A stretch of DNA of 51,669 nucleotides from NCBI GenBank assembly GCA_038213805.1, contig JBBQSO010000034.1, positions 1 to 51,669 on the forward strand. The letters are read 5' to 3'. Positions 37,999-49,600 of the stretch are shown here, one piece after another (the first letter of the stretch is position 1; each line of letters starts with the position of its first letter). Under the pieces are notes generated by a model. It did no database searches. It saw nothing but the letters and a program-made list of their open reading frames with translations, and was not told the origin of the DNA. Source of the DNA: Planctomycetota bacterium. Lineage in GTDB: Bacteria; Planctomycetota; UBA11346. Made by a program: the position numbers and the translations under genes.

Positions 37999-38640
37999 TC
38001 AGTGCTGGGGGCGGGCCACGCGCAGCGTTTCCGGCACTTGCTGCGGCATCTGATCAACCACCCGCCAACCCTCGCCGGCGAGGTAGGAGCGGTCGCCGAG
38101 GCGCGCCGGAGCCGCGAGCAGATGCGGATCGGGCAGCCCGTCGGCGCCAAGGATGGCGTCGGCGAGGTGCGCGTACACCACTTCGAGCAGGCACAGCGCG
38201 GTCGCCGGCGCGCCGACCGGGATCTCGCGCACCAGGCGGCATTCGAAGGCGACCTGCGCGCAGACCAGGCGCGCCGGTGCGACCACGTTCGAGGGCATGG
38301 TCGCGAGTCCGAGCTGCGCCACCTCGCTGACGGTGGACGCGTAGTCACCGCCACTTTGATGGACCGCCGGCAGCTGGTCGGGGGGCGCGAGATGCACGAC
38401 CGCCTCGCCATTCGCGCGCAGGTTGGCCAAGGTGTCCTTCACCGGATCGCGGTGGGCGATCGCCACCGACAGTGTCGGCGGCGAGGCGGTCACGCCGTTG
38501 AAGAAACTGAACGGGGCGAGGTTGAGCACCCCGCCGGGCCCGAGGGTGGTGATCCAGGCGATCGGCCGCGGCACCACTGCGCCGATCAGCAGGCGGTAGC
38601 GGTCCTTGGGACCGAGCGCCGCCGGATCGATGGCACGCAT
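37999..38640 (-). CDS. Flavin reductase-like FMN-binding protein
   Basis: VVPRPIAWITT, NLAPFSFFN, KDTL.N, FECR, RLG...Y. Confidence 0.88.
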   Translation of the reverse strand: MRAIDPAALGPKDRYRLLIGAVVPRPIAWITTLGPGGVLNLAPFSFFNGVTASPPTLSVAIAHRDPVKDTLANLRANGEAVVHLAPPDQLPAVHQSGGDYASTVSEVAQLGLATMPSNVVAPARLVCAQVAFECRLVREIPVGAPATALCLLEVVYAHLADAILGADGLPDPHLLAAPARLGDRSYLAGEGWRVVDQMPQQVPETLRVARPQH

Positions 38641-38645
38641 GCGCG

Positions 38646-39743
38646 TCAGGGCGCAGCCGGCGCCGCGGCGGGCGCAGGCAGCGGCGCGCCAATGCGCAAT
38701 ACCGCCACGCGCAGATAGCGCGCGTCGGGCTTGCCCTGGACGAGCTGCTCGACCAGCAGGCGCGTCCCGTCGTGGCTCCACTCCGGATGGTCGCCCTGGT
38801 CGAGGAAGTTGCGGCGGTGCGCACCGGACTCATCGACCAGGTCCGTGGCGCCCTCGCGCGAGACCACCGCGACCAGGCCGCCGCCGGGATGCGGGGCCGG
38901 GCTGCGCGCGTCTTTGGCGATCAGCAGCGGCTTGGCCTCGGGCCCGGCGACCAGGTACACGTCGGTGCCGGCCTCCCACCATGGGCGGCCCAGCGGCGGG
39001 TCGTTGCGCAGCACCGTCGCGACCACGCCGCCGGACGCGGTCCAGCGCGCCTCGATGGCGTTGGCCAAGGAGGTGACCTGGCCGGGCTTCCAGCGGATGA
39101 ACAGGCGCCCGCGGCGCAGATCGAGACCTGTCCAGCGATCGGCTTCCAGCACCGGGGCCTCCTGGAAGGTCACTCCGCGACCGCCGCGCTGCGGCTCGGC
39201 ATAGAAGCCGGGCCCGAACTCGCTGACGCCGCCGAAATGGTCGACGACGATGATCTTGTCCTCGGCCTGGGCGATGATGCGGTCACCCCAGACGCGCGGC
39301 CGGTAGCCGGTCTTGGTCAGGGTCTGGGGATCGAGCACACGCTTGCCGTTCTTGTCGCCGATGGTGACCACGGTCAGCCCCTGGCTGCTGGGTACTTCGC
39401 GGCCGCTGGCGGTGGCGATCAGGCCGTGGCCCGGGCCGAAGGCGAACTGGGTGCGGTTGATCCACACCGGGTCGACGGTCTCGCGGCGCTCGGTCGAACG
39501 GTAGTAGTCCTGCCGGTCGCGGCCCTCATCAAGCAGCACGAAACCGGCCTCGATGCGCGCCAGGATCTGGTTGGTCTCGGGATTCCACGTCGCCTGCGGT
39601 TCGACGATGGTGTCGAAACCGTAGGTGCGCAGCTCCTTCACGTCGTCCACGCCGAGCGGCGGCGGCGCCTGGCGGAAGCAGCCGCTCAAGCCGAGCAGGA
39701 GGGCGAAAGCGGAGCACAGGGCGAGCGTGGGCAGGGTGCGCAT
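38646..39743 (-). CDS. Hypothetical lipoprotein, possibly a TolB-like beta-propeller
   Basis: Lipobox LSGC; PEWSHDG and similar repeats. Confidence 0.65.
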   Translation of the reverse strand: MRTLPTLALCSAFALLLGLSGCFRQAPPPLGVDDVKELRTYGFDTIVEPQATWNPETNQILARIEAGFVLLDEGRDRQDYYRSTERRETVDPVWINRTQFAFGPGHGLIATASGREVPSSQGLTVVTIGDKNGKRVLDPQTLTKTGYRPRVWGDRIIAQAEDKIIVVDHFGGVSEFGPGFYAEPQRGGRGVTFQEAPVLEADRWTGLDLRRGRLFIRWKPGQVTSLANAIEARWTASGGVVATVLRNDPPLGRPWWEAGTDVYLVAGPEAKPLLIAKDARSPAPHPGGGLVAVVSREGATDLVDESGAHRRNFLDQGDHPEWSHDGTRLLVEQLVQGKPDARYLRVAVLRIGAPLPAPAAAPAAP

Positions 39744-39819
39744 GGCGGGCCAGTGTCCACCCGATCACGCGGCCACAAGCCCGCTCAGGCGGGGATCACG
39801 GCAGGCGCGTGGCGCAGTC

Positions 39820-41301
39820 CTACCAGGCCACCGTCGCCGCCAGGCGCAGGCCGAGACCGCCGCTGGCGCGCTGGTAGGCGTCACTATCCGTGCCGCCCAC
39901 CGCACGCGCCGCGCTGAAGGGCTTCCACGCCTCGTAGAGCACGCTGACGCCATAGCGGGCGGTGGTCTCGCCCTGCGGCAGCCGGCCCCAGTAGAGGCGC
40001 GCGCCGATGCCGCCCTGGACCACGCCGCGCGTCGCGCTCTGGTCGGGAAAGCGCGGGAAGTCGCCGGAGGCGCGCACGCGCTCTTCGCGGATACCGACCG
40101 CGACGTAGGTGAACGGCGTGCACTGGAAGCCATCGTGCGGCCGCCCCCAGGAAAGATCGATGCCCAGCACCGGCTGCCGGACGATGACCACATTGTCGTT
40201 CCAGGCGGGGCCCGGGTACTGCCCAAATCGATAATCGAAGAGCAGCGAGGTCTGCAGCGGAGCATCGCCGCGCATCCAGGTCGGCTGCCAGCGGTATTGG
40301 ACGCCCAGCGAGTAGCCCTGGTAGATGCCGATGATGCCCTCCATCTCGGTGCGACCGGCGCGGTCGCTGCGCGCCCCGCCACGCCCCCATGACCAGCCGA
40401 CATGGCCCATGGTCGCCTGGTTCGCGAGATCGAAACCCGCCTCGTAGAACCAACCGCCGGCGGAGGAGCCGACCACCAGCCAGGTGCCGTCCTCGTGGCG
40501 ACTGACGGCCTGCGCGGCGAGGCTGGCGTGATGGCCACCGTTCCAGGCGCGGCGCAGGCCGAGGCTGAGCGAGCCGTCCTGACCGAGCACCAGCACGCGC
40601 ACGCCGAGCTCGTTCTGCAGCTCGCCGCCGGTGCTGGCCAGGACCGCGCCGGTGATTTCGATGCCCACGCGCTGTTCGTCGACGCGCCCGAACGGTGTCC
40701 ACCAGCCGGACTCGTCGTTGAGCCACATCCAATTGCCGGCGGCGTAGCCCACGCCGTCCAGCGCACCGCCCTGGTAGGGGATGTCGACGCGCTGGTAACT
40801 GACGCTGTCGTGGAAGCGGTTCTGCACCGCGCCGCCACCCAGGTTTCCGGCCAGGCGCAGGCCCGCGCCTGCCGCGAGCATGCCGCTGCCACCCAGGCCG
40901 ACGCTGCCCTCGGGCAGCAGCTGCCAGCCCACGGTGACGGTGGCCTCATCGCTGCGCGTGCCGGTCGCGCCCGGCGAGCGGTAATCGGTGAGCATGCTGT
41001 AGTCGGCGCCGAACAGCCAGCGGCCGTGGTGCGCGCCGCCGCTGAAGGCGTTGGTGCGGTAGTCGTCGGAATCGTGGCCCATCTCGCCGCCGAACGAATC
41101 GTTCGACCATTCCACCCACGCCGCCGGATAGGGCCCGGGACGCGGCGCCTCGGGGACGCCGGCGATGGCGCTCCATAACGGCAACGCCGGTGCGAGCAGC
41201 GCGGCGATGGTCAGCAGGCCGCTCGTGCGCCGTGCGACCGACCGCGTCAGGCGACGCGCACGCGACCGGCGCGAGCCGGGATCATTCAGGCTGGAGGACA
41301 T
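39820..41301 (-). CDS. Hypothetical outer-membrane beta-barrel protein (N-terminus reminiscent of LpxR/DUF2219)
   Basis: Signal-like N-terminus, WSNDSF...DDYRTN, alternating beta patterns, terminal Trp; start uncertain. Confidence 0.55.
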   Translation of the reverse strand: MSSSLNDPGSRRSRARRLTRSVARRTSGLLTIAALLAPALPLWSAIAGVPEAPRPGPYPAAWVEWSNDSFGGEMGHDSDDYRTNAFSGGAHHGRWLFGADYSMLTDYRSPGATGTRSDEATVTVGWQLLPEGSVGLGGSGMLAAGAGLRLAGNLGGGAVQNRFHDSVSYQRVDIPYQGGALDGVGYAAGNWMWLNDESGWWTPFGRVDEQRVGIEITGAVLASTGGELQNELGVRVLVLGQDGSLSLGLRRAWNGGHHASLAAQAVSRHEDGTWLVVGSSAGGWFYEAGFDLANQATMGHVGWSWGRGGARSDRAGRTEMEGIIGIYQGYSLGVQYRWQPTWMRGDAPLQTSLLFDYRFGQYPGPAWNDNVVIVRQPVLGIDLSWGRPHDGFQCTPFTYVAVGIREERVRASGDFPRFPDQSATRGVVQGGIGARLYWGRLPQGETTARYGVSVLYEAWKPFSAARAVGGTDSDAYQRASGGLGLRLAATVAW

Positions 41302-41654
41302 CGGGAGCATCCGGAGTGGGCGGTCGCGGACCCGGGCGGCGGGACCGGGCGGCGGCGATCCGCGGAGCGGATCCCGGGCTGGGCGCATCCGCTCCGAGGA
41401 GCCTGTCCGCGGTCGCCTCAAGGACGGGCCGCAGCCGGATTGCGCACACTTCCGGGCGTCCCCGGCGGTGTGCGACAGTGTACCTGACGCGCAGCGGCGG
41501 GGACGCAGCGACCCGGCGCGAGGGCCGGCGTTGTACAACGTTCACTACTGCGGTGACGGTGTTTTCGATGCAGGCGCGGCAGCCGGGCGCGGCGCGCCAC
41601 TTGCACCGTTCCGCCGCGCGGATTGCGCTGGACGCGCCAGCCTCGGCCGGCCAG

Positions 41655-42872
41655 ATGGCGCGCGTGCCCGCCAATGCTCCTTCCGCTCATTCGCCGAGCG
41701 GCCCGCGCCCGGCGCTGGTCATCACCGCCCTGGTGCTGGTAGCGCTCAATCTGCGCGCCGTCATCACGTCGGTCGGGCCGGTGAGCGACGATCTGCGCGC
41801 TGACCTCGGGATCAGCCGCGCCCTCGCCGGCCTGCTGTCGAGCGTACCGGTGCTGTGCATGGGTGTATTCGCGCCGCTCGCCGGTGCGCTCGGCGCGCGC
41901 CTGGGTGTAGAACGCACGGTCGCCGCCTGCCTGGCGCTGATCGGTGTGGCCACGGCGCTACGTCTGGCCCAAATTGGCATCGTTGCGCTGCTCGCCACCG
42001 CGGTGGCGGCGGGCATCGGCATCGCCGTGGCCAAGCCGGTGATCGCGGCCTTCATCAAGCAGCGCTTTCCCACCCGCGCCGCGCCGGTCATGGGACTGTT
42101 CACCATGGGCCTGACGCTTGGCGCTGCGCTGGCGGCCGGCGCCAGCGCCCCCCTGCGCGCGCTCAGCGGCTCGTGGCGGGTGGCGCTCGGATCCTGGGCG
42201 GTGCTGGCGGTGATCGCACTGGTGGCCTGGCGCCTGGTCACCGCCGACGCGCGCACCCAGGCCCCGCGGGTCGCCAGCGCTCGCCTGCCGTGGGGCCGAC
42301 CGCGCGCCTGGCTGCTGGTCGCCTATTTCGGGCTGCAGTCCTCGCTCTATTACGCGATCATGGCCTGGCTGGCCCCGCGCTACACCGAACTGGGCATCGA
42401 CGAGCAACGCGCCGGCGTCCTGCTCACCCTGATCGGCCTCACCCAGATCGCCGCGTCGCTTGGCGTGCCGATGCTGGCGGCGCGCTCCCTCGACCGTCGC
42501 CCGTGGCTGGTGCTGAGCGCGCTGCTCGAGAGCGTCGGCCTCGCCGGCGTCGCCTTCGCGCCGCTCGCCGCCCCGTGGGCGTGGGCCATGCTGCTCGGCA
42601 TCGGCACCGGCGGCCTATTCGCCCTGGCCCTGACCCTGCCGCTCGACGATGCCGATTCGCCGCAGGAGGCCGGCGCACTGACCGCGATGATGTTCTGCGG
42701 CGGCTACCTGATCGCAGGCAGCGGCCCCTTCGTGATCGGCGCCATGCGCGACGCCAGCGGCAGCTACCGCAGCGCGTTCGCGTGGCTGATGGCAGTGTCT
42801 GCGCTGGTGGCGCTGGTGACGCTCTGGCTGGGACCGCGCCAGCGGGCCCGCGCTGGCGCGGGCCCAGTCTGA
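41655..42872 (+). CDS. CynX/NimT-family MFS transporter
   Basis: ALNLR..ITSVGP, FIK..FP, YFGLQS..YY...WL; about 12 TM. Confidence 0.88.
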   Translation: MARVPANAPSAHSPSGPRPALVITALVLVALNLRAVITSVGPVSDDLRADLGISRALAGLLSSVPVLCMGVFAPLAGALGARLGVERTVAACLALIGVATALRLAQIGIVALLATAVAAGIGIAVAKPVIAAFIKQRFPTRAAPVMGLFTMGLTLGAALAAGASAPLRALSGSWRVALGSWAVLAVIALVAWRLVTADARTQAPRVASARLPWGRPRAWLLVAYFGLQSSLYYAIMAWLAPRYTELGIDEQRAGVLLTLIGLTQIAASLGVPMLAARSLDRRPWLVLSALLESVGLAGVAFAPLAAPWAWAMLLGIGTGGLFALALTLPLDDADSPQEAGALTAMMFCGGYLIAGSGPFVIGAMRDASGSYRSAFAWLMAVSALVALVTLWLGPRQRARAGAGPV

Positions 42873-42888
42873 GGCCAGCCCACCGCGC

Positions 42889-43281
42889 TCAACTCCGGGG
42901 CTGCACGGGATCCTCCGCCCCCAGGGGGACGATGGCGGAGATCGCGAATGAAATCGAAAGCACTGCGCACAGCTTGGCGACGAGGCCGCAGATGGCGACC
43001 ATTCGCATCGCGAAGACCATGCCGCCGTCGGGCCCACCCCCGTACGCATGGGATCCGGTCGCACCCTGGATCAGTTCAAACACGCCGAAGGCGATGATCG
43101 GCAGCAGCAGCGAGGTGATGAGCAGGAAGACGCCGATGCGCAAACGCCTGCGCTCGACGGGTGGACGTCTGAAGCCGATGATGATCAGGACGATCGACCA
43201 GATGATGATCGGCATGACGTAGGAAAACGTCGTGCCGATGACCGAGCCGAACATGGAGTTGATCTGCGCGTATTCGTTCAT
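42889..43281 (-). CDS. Hypothetical membrane protein (3 TM)
   Basis: Hydrophobic segments; GAGA upstream of ATG. Confidence 0.6.
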   Translation of the reverse strand: MNEYAQINSMFGSVIGTTFSYVMPIIIWSIVLIIIGFRRPPVERRRLRIGVFLLITSLLLPIIAFGVFELIQGATGSHAYGGGPDGGMVFAMRMVAICGLVAKLCAVLSISFAISAIVPLGAEDPVQPRS

Positions 43282-43344
43282 GCGTCGTTCTCGTGCGGGT
43301 GGGTGGTGGCGGAAGGCGCGGTCGCCGGGGATGCGGCGAACGGT

Positions 43345-43719
43345 CTAAGAGAAGCCAAAACGGATGATCAGCAGCGACACGACCCAGGCGAGACCGACCA
43401 GCAGGGTCAGGTTGATCAGCGTCCCGCAGATCGCCGCCACCAGCACCCCGACGCGCCGCACCTTGGCATAGTTCACCCAGGTGCGGATCGAGCAGGTCGA
43501 GGAGTACAGCACGACGAGGATGTTGAGGATGCCGATGATCTGCACGTGGCGGTGGAATGCTTCCACCGCAGCGAAGGCGACCGCAATGGCGATGAGCGGC
43601 AGCATCCAGGACATCATTGCGATGCGGCCCAGCTCGCGCGCGGCGCGCTCCTGCGCGCGCTTTTCGCGAATCGCCTCCAGTTTGTCGTTGGTGCGCGGAG
43701 CTTGGATCATTGCAATCAC
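43345..43719 (-). CDS. Hypothetical membrane protein (3 TM)
   Basis: Hydrophobic segments; AGGA upstream of ATG. Confidence 0.55.
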   Translation of the reverse strand: MIAMIQAPRTNDKLEAIREKRAQERAARELGRIAMMSWMLPLIAIAVAFAAVEAFHRHVQIIGILNILVVLYSSTCSIRTWVNYAKVRRVGVLVAAICGTLINLTLLVGLAWVVSLLIIRFGFS

Positions 43720-43850
43720 ATCATCCTGATGGTGCGGCGCCGACCCTGGAAATTAGGCTACGTCGGCCATTTGCAAAGACCGAAACGGGAGCTTGCGGAG
43801 GTGGCCAGATTCGACCGGTGACGGGCGTTTCCGCGCAGACCCCGACATCC

Positions 43851-46466
43851 TCAGGTCAGCTGCGAGAAGTGCTCCACCGTCGCCGCCAGGGCCCGATCCA
43901 GTTCGTCCACCAGCGGCGACCCGCCCGCTGGCGCGGCGCTGCGCCCGAGGTCTTCCAGGCGCCGGCAGCAGTCCGCCAGCCAGCGCGCGCCCAGCACCTG
44001 GGCCGAGCCCTTGAGCAGGTGCGCGGCGCGGCGCAGCGGATCGCCGCCACCGGCCTGGGCGGCGGCGGCGATCGCTGCGCAGCGCTCGGCGCATTCCTCG
44101 ACGAAGGTCGCCACCGCCTCGGAGATCGCCAGGTCGTCGCCGAGATCCTCGCGCAGGTCGGCGAGCGCCTGCGGATCGCTGACCGGTGGGGTGGCCGCGA
44201 TGCTGCGCGCGCGGTAGCGGGCGGTGCCGGTCTGCGCCGCCGGCAGCCAGGCCGCGAGGGTCTTGGCCAGCACCTCGTTGCGCACCGGCTTGGGCACGTA
44301 GTCGTCCATGCCGGCGGCCAGGCAGCGCTCGCGGTCGCCGGCCATGGCGTTTGCAGTCATGGCGATCACCGGCAGGCGGCGCACACCGGGACGCTGCGCC
44401 TCGCGCGCGCGCAGGGCCGCGGTCGCCTGATAGCCGTCGAGCTCGGGCATCTGGCAATCCATCAGTACTGCGTCGTACGGTGCACGCGCCAGCGCGGCGA
44501 GCGCCTCGGCGCCATTCGCGACGATGTCGCAGCGGCAGCCGAGCTTGGCGAGCTGGGCCGCGACCAGGCGCTGGTTGACCGGGTTGTCCTCGGCCACCAG
44601 CACGCGGCCATGCAACTGCGGCATGGCCGGTGCGGCAGCGCGGATCTGCGTCCTGCTGGTGCCATCGCCGCTGCCGACCAGACGCAGCAGGGTGGCGGCC
44701 AGTTCCGCCTGGCGCACCGGCTTGGCAAGCACCGCGAAGGCCGCGCCACCATCCTCCTGCAGACCGCGCGCACCCAGCAGCACCACCTGGGTGGCCGCCA
44801 GCGCGGGCTCGCCGCGGATCGCCCGCGCCAGGGCGTTGCCGTTCATGCCCGGGGCGCCGGTCGCACCCATCGCCACCAGCGCGCAGCGCAGGGGCGCCGC
44901 GGCCGCGGCGGCGGCGCGCAGCCGCGCCAGTGCCGTCGCGCCATCGGGGACGGCAAGCGACTCCACGCCCAGGCCCGCCAGCTGGGCGACCAGTGCCGCC
45001 CGCACCAGCGGGTGCGGCTCGACCACCAGCGCGTGCAAGCCGCCGAAATCGCGGGTTGGCTCGCCAACCTGTCCAGCGGCGGCGGACACGGCGATGGTGA
45101 AGCTGAAGGTGCTGCCCGCCCCGGCGGCGCTGCTGACACTGATCGCGCCGCCCATCAGTTCGACCAGGCGGCGACAGATCGCCAAGCCCAGGCCGGTACC
45201 GCCATAGGTGCGGGTGGTCGAGCTGTCGGCCTGGCTGAACGGCTGGAAGAGGCGCTCCTGCACCGCGGGCGGGATGCCGATGCCGCTGTCGCGTACGCTG
45301 AACGCGAGCAGCCCATTCGACTGGGCGGCGACGCCGACCACAACCTCGCCCTGGGCGGTGAACTTGATCGCGTTGCCGACCAGGTTGACAAGGATCTGAC
45401 GCAGCCGCCCGGGATCGCCGCGCACCATCGCTGGGACGCCGGGCGCGATGCCGCACAGCAGCTCCACGCCCTTGTCCTGTGCGGCGTCCGCGAACAGGCC
45501 CAGGCTGTCGTCCAGGACCTGACGCAGGTCGAAATCGATGGCCTCCAGGTCGAGTCGCCCGGCCTCGATCTTCGAGAAGTCGAGGATGTCGTTGATGATG
45601 GTGAGCAGGCCATCGGCGCAGCCGCGCACGGTCTCGACCAGACCATACTGCTCCTCGCTCAGCGGCGTGTCGATGAGCAGCCCGGTCATGCCGATGATGC
45701 CATTCATCGGCGTGCGGATCTCGTGGCTCATCGCCGCCAGGAATTCACCCTTGGCGTGGCCCGCCGCTTCGGCCTGCTCCTTGGCAGCGCGCAGCTCGCG
45801 GATGGCCGCGGCCAGGCGCTCCTCGCTGAGCCGGGCCTGGTCGAGCGCGCCCTGGAGGCGGCCGCGGTCGCGGTTCAGCACGCGGAACACCCAGGTGAGC
45901 AGGCCGGCCTGGGCGAGCACGCTGAACGCCAGCAGCAGCATGAGCAGGCGGCGGTTACCTGCGAGTTCGTCGTTGCGCAGCGCGAAGAGCATCGCCTCGG
46001 CGAGCTGCATGCCGCCGATGCGGTCGCGCAGCGCGGACATCACCTCGCGGCCGCGCTCCTCAGAGGGCGGCGCGGTGCGGGTGCGCGCGGCGGCGATCGC
46101 CGCGGCGAGCAGGGCACGCTCCTCCGCGACCAGCGGGTCGAGCAGTGCGAGGTTGGCCTGCTGCTGCGGATCGTCCCCGGTCAGGCGGCGCAGCCCCGCG
46201 AATTCGTCGCCGAGCAGCGCCTCGGCCTTGCGCCACGGGTCGAGATCACGTTCGTCTCCGGACAGGCGGAAGCCGCGCACCGCGGTCTCCTCATCCTTGA
46301 GCAACGACAAGAAGCGTTCAACGCGCGCCTGGACCTCGCGGGTGTGGTCGACCCAGCTGCCAGCGGCGTGGTAGGAGCGCGCCGCACAGGTGGTGATGGC
46401 AGCGATGAGGCTGAGCAGCAGCAGCGCCAATGCGAGACCCAGCCAACTCTTGGTGCGGACGTTCAT
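43851..46466 (-). CDS. Hybrid sensor histidine kinase: CHASE3-HisKA-HATPase-REC(degenerate)-REC-Hpt
   Basis: WVDHT.EV, ET..RGF (CHASE3); [42 protein letters not shown]. Confidence 0.93.
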   Translation of the reverse strand: MNVRTKSWLGLALALLLLSLIAAITTCAARSYHAAGSWVDHTREVQARVERFLSLLKDEETAVRGFRLSGDERDLDPWRKAEALLGDEFAGLRRLTGDDPQQQANLALLDPLVAEERALLAAAIAAARTRTAPPSEERGREVMSALRDRIGGMQLAEAMLFALRNDELAGNRRLLMLLLAFSVLAQAGLLTWVFRVLNRDRGRLQGALDQARLSEERLAAAIRELRAAKEQAEAAGHAKGEFLAAMSHEIRTPMNGIIGMTGLLIDTPLSEEQYGLVETVRGCADGLLTIINDILDFSKIEAGRLDLEAIDFDLRQVLDDSLGLFADAAQDKGVELLCGIAPGVPAMVRGDPGRLRQILVNLVGNAIKFTAQGEVVVGVAAQSNGLLAFSVRDSGIGIPPAVQERLFQPFSQADSSTTRTYGGTGLGLAICRRLVELMGGAISVSSAAGAGSTFSFTIAVSAAAGQVGEPTRDFGGLHALVVEPHPLVRAALVAQLAGLGVESLAVPDGATALARLRAAAAAAAPLRCALVAMGATGAPGMNGNALARAIRGEPALAATQVVLLGARGLQEDGGAAFAVLAKPVRQAELAATLLRLVGSGDGTSRTQIRAAAPAMPQLHGRVLVAEDNPVNQRLVAAQLAKLGCRCDIVANGAEALAALARAPYDAVLMDCQMPELDGYQATAALRAREAQRPGVRRLPVIAMTANAMAGDRERCLAAGMDDYVPKPVRNEVLAKTLAAWLPAAQTGTARYRARSIAATPPVSDPQALADLREDLGDDLAISEAVATFVEECAERCAAIAAAAQAGGGDPLRRAAHLLKGSAQVLGARWLADCCRRLEDLGRSAAPAGGSPLVDELDRALAATVEHFSQLT

Positions 46467-46695
46467 CGCCGGCCGGTCCCGGTGGGGATGGCGCAGGCGG
46501 CGGGCGTGGTCGGACGGCGCACGGGCACGGCATCTCCCTGGTCACGGCACGGATGGCATCACCAGCATACCCCAAGGCCGGCGCCCCCGCCGCCCCTTCC
46601 CGAGCGCCAGCTCGCCAGCGCAAGACCGATCCATCAAGGTACTTCCGTATCGCCAGCGGAGGCCCATCCTGGGCCCACCCCGCGGAGCCCGACTC

Positions 46696-49600
46696 GTGAT
46701 CAGCCCTTCCCGCCTCCTGCGTACCGGCCGCCGCAGCCCGCGCGCCTCCGATGAGCAGCCCCTGCGCGCCGAGCTGTTCAGCGTCACCCAGCTTGAAGGC
46801 CACGCCCGCACCATCGCCGCCACGCATCGCCTCGACCCTGAGCACGGCCCCGACCGCCTGCTGCCGCGCCTGACCGAGAACACCGCGGTCCTGGCCGAAA
46901 CCCACGCCCTGGTCACTGAAGCGGTGGCCAAGGGCCGCCGCACCGCCCCCGCCGCGGAATGGCTGCTCGACAACTACTATCTCATCGAGGAGCAGATCCG
47001 CACCGCGCGCCGCCACCTGCCGCGCGGCTACAGCCGCGAACTGCCGCGCCTGGCCGCGGGCGGCGCGATCGGCTATCCGCGCGTCTACGACCTGGTGTTG
47101 GAGCTGATCTCGCACAGCGATGGCAAGGTCGACGGCGAGAACCTCTCGCGCTTCATCGAGGCCTACCAGGGCACCGTGCACCTAACCATCGGTGAACTGT
47201 GGGCGATCCCGATCATGCTGCGCCTGGCGCTGATCGAGAATCTGCGCCGCGTCGGCGCGAGCGTCTCGGCCGGCTGCCGCCAACGCGAACTGGCCTGCGC
47301 CTGGGCCGACCGCATGGCCGCCACCGCCGAGAAGGACCCCTCCTCGCTGGTCCTGACCCTGGCCGACATGGTGCGCGCCAACGTCGCGCTGGGCGGCGCC
47401 TTTGTCGCCGAATTCACGCGCCGCGTGCAAGGCCAGAGCCCGGCGCTGGCGGTCGCGACCAGCTGGATCGAACAGCGCCTGGTCGAGGTCGGCACCAGCG
47501 TCGAACAGGCGGTGCAGGCCGAGAACCAGGCGCAGGCCGCCGACCAGGCCTCGATCGGCAATTCGATCGGCAGCCTGCGCCAGCTCTCCGCCCTCGACTG
47601 GCGCGAGTTCGTCGAAGCGATGAGCGTGGTCGACCGCTGCCTGCGCGGCGACCCCGCGCAGGTCTACGCGCGCATGGACTTCGCCACCCGCGACCAGTAC
47701 CGCCATCGACTCGAGCGACTCGCCAAGCGCTGCCCGCGCAGTGAACTCGAGGTCGCCGAGCAGGTCGTACGCCTGGCGGCCGAGGGCATCCGGACGTCCG
47801 GCGGCGACGACCTCGCCGAGCGCCGCGGCCACGTCGGCTATTACCTGATCGACCGCGGCCAGCGCGAACTCGAACGTGCGGTCGCCGCGCGCGCTACCCT
47901 GGGCAGCGCTGCCGAAGCGGCGGTGCGCCGCGCGCCCGCTGCCGCCTACCTGGGCGGCATCCTCGTCCTGACCCTGCTCGCCGTGGCGGTGGCGGTGTGG
48001 TGGTGCGAACCGTGGACCAGCGGCTGGTTGGCGCGCCCGCTGCTGCTGCTGCCGCTGCTCGCAACCGCGCTGGTGGTGGCCATCGCCGCCAGCCAATGGG
48101 CGATCGCCTGCGTCAACTGGCTGGTCACCACGCTGCTGCCGCCGCGCAGCCTGGCGCGCCTCGACTTCACCGCCGGCATCCCGGCGGGCGCGCGCACCAT
48201 GGTGGTGATCCCGACCATGCTGCGCCGCGCCGCCGACATCGACGGTCTGGTCGAGGGCCTCGAGGTGCGCTTCCTCGCCAACCCCGATCCGCACCTCGAC
48301 TTCGCCCTGCTCACCGACTTCGGCGACGCCGCGAGCGCCACCCTGCCCGGCGACGACGCGCTGCTCGCGCAGGCGATCGCCGCGATCGAGGAACTCAACG
48401 CGCGCTACCTCACCAAGCGCCGCGGCGTGTTCTTCCTCTTCCACCGCCCGCGCCTGTGGAACGCCCAGGAGGGCGTGTGGATGGGCCGCGAGCGCAAGCG
48501 CGGCAAGCTCGCCGACCTCAACGGCCTGCTGCTGCACGGCGAGCGCAGCGCCTTCAGCGCGGTGGTCGGCGAAACTTCGGTGTTCGGCCAGGTGCGCTAC
48601 ATCATCACCCTCGACACCGACACCCAGCTGCCGCGCGGCGCCGCACACCAGCTGGTCGGCACCCTCGCGCACCCGCTCAACCGCGCGCGCTTCGACGCCG
48701 CCGGGCGGGTGGTCGACGGCTACAGCATCCTCCAACCACGCGCGGCGATCAGCCTGCCGAGCTCGGGAAAATCGTGGTTCGCACGCATCTACAGCGGCGA
48801 GCCGGGCATCGACCCCTACAGCCGCGCGGTGTCCGACGTCTACCAGGATCTTTTCGGCGAAGGCTCGTTCGTCGGTAAGGGCATCTACGACCTCGCCGCC
48901 TTCGAGCGCGTGCTGGCCGGGCGCTTTCCCGACAACCGCATCCTCAGCCACGATCTGATCGAGGGCGCCTACGCCCGCGCCGCCCTGGTCAGCGACGTGA
49001 TGGTCTACGAGGACCATCCCTTCCGCTACGCCGCCGACGTCAGCCGCCGTCACCGCTGGATGCGCGGCGACTGGCAGCTGCTGCGCTGGCTGATGCCGCA
49101 GGTCCCTGACGGCGCGGGGCGCAGCGTCCCGAATACGCTCGGCGCGGTCGCGCTGTGGAAGATCGCCGACAACCTGCGCCGCAGCCTGGTCGCCCCCGCG
49201 CTGCTCGCGCTGCTGATCGGCGGCTGGACGGTGCTCGCCGGACCGCCGCTGCTGTGGCCGGCACTGGTCGCGGTCTTCCTGCTCAGCCCGGCGCTGCTTG
49301 GCTCGCTCGCCACGCTGGTGCGCAAGCCCGCCGATCTGCCACTCATCATGCACCTGCGCAACTGGTGGGATGGCCTCGGGGCGCAGCTCGCCCAGGCCGG
49401 TCTGACGCTGGTGTTCCTGCCCTACGAGGCGGTGACCGCGGCCGACGCCATCCTGCGCACGCTGTGGCGCACCGCGGTATCGCGGCGGCGGCTGCTGGAG
49501 TGGACCACCTCCAGCGACGCCGAGCGTGGCGCGCGCACCTCGCTGCCCGGGCTCTACCGCACCATGTGGATGGCACCGCTGGTCGCGCTCGCCACCGGCG

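Noticed and set aside
43617..46754. Long antisense ORFs (e.g. 43617-46754, 20491-23007, 47182-49353, 728-2341)
   Set aside because: Shadow ORFs opposite well-supported genes, as expected in high-GC DNA
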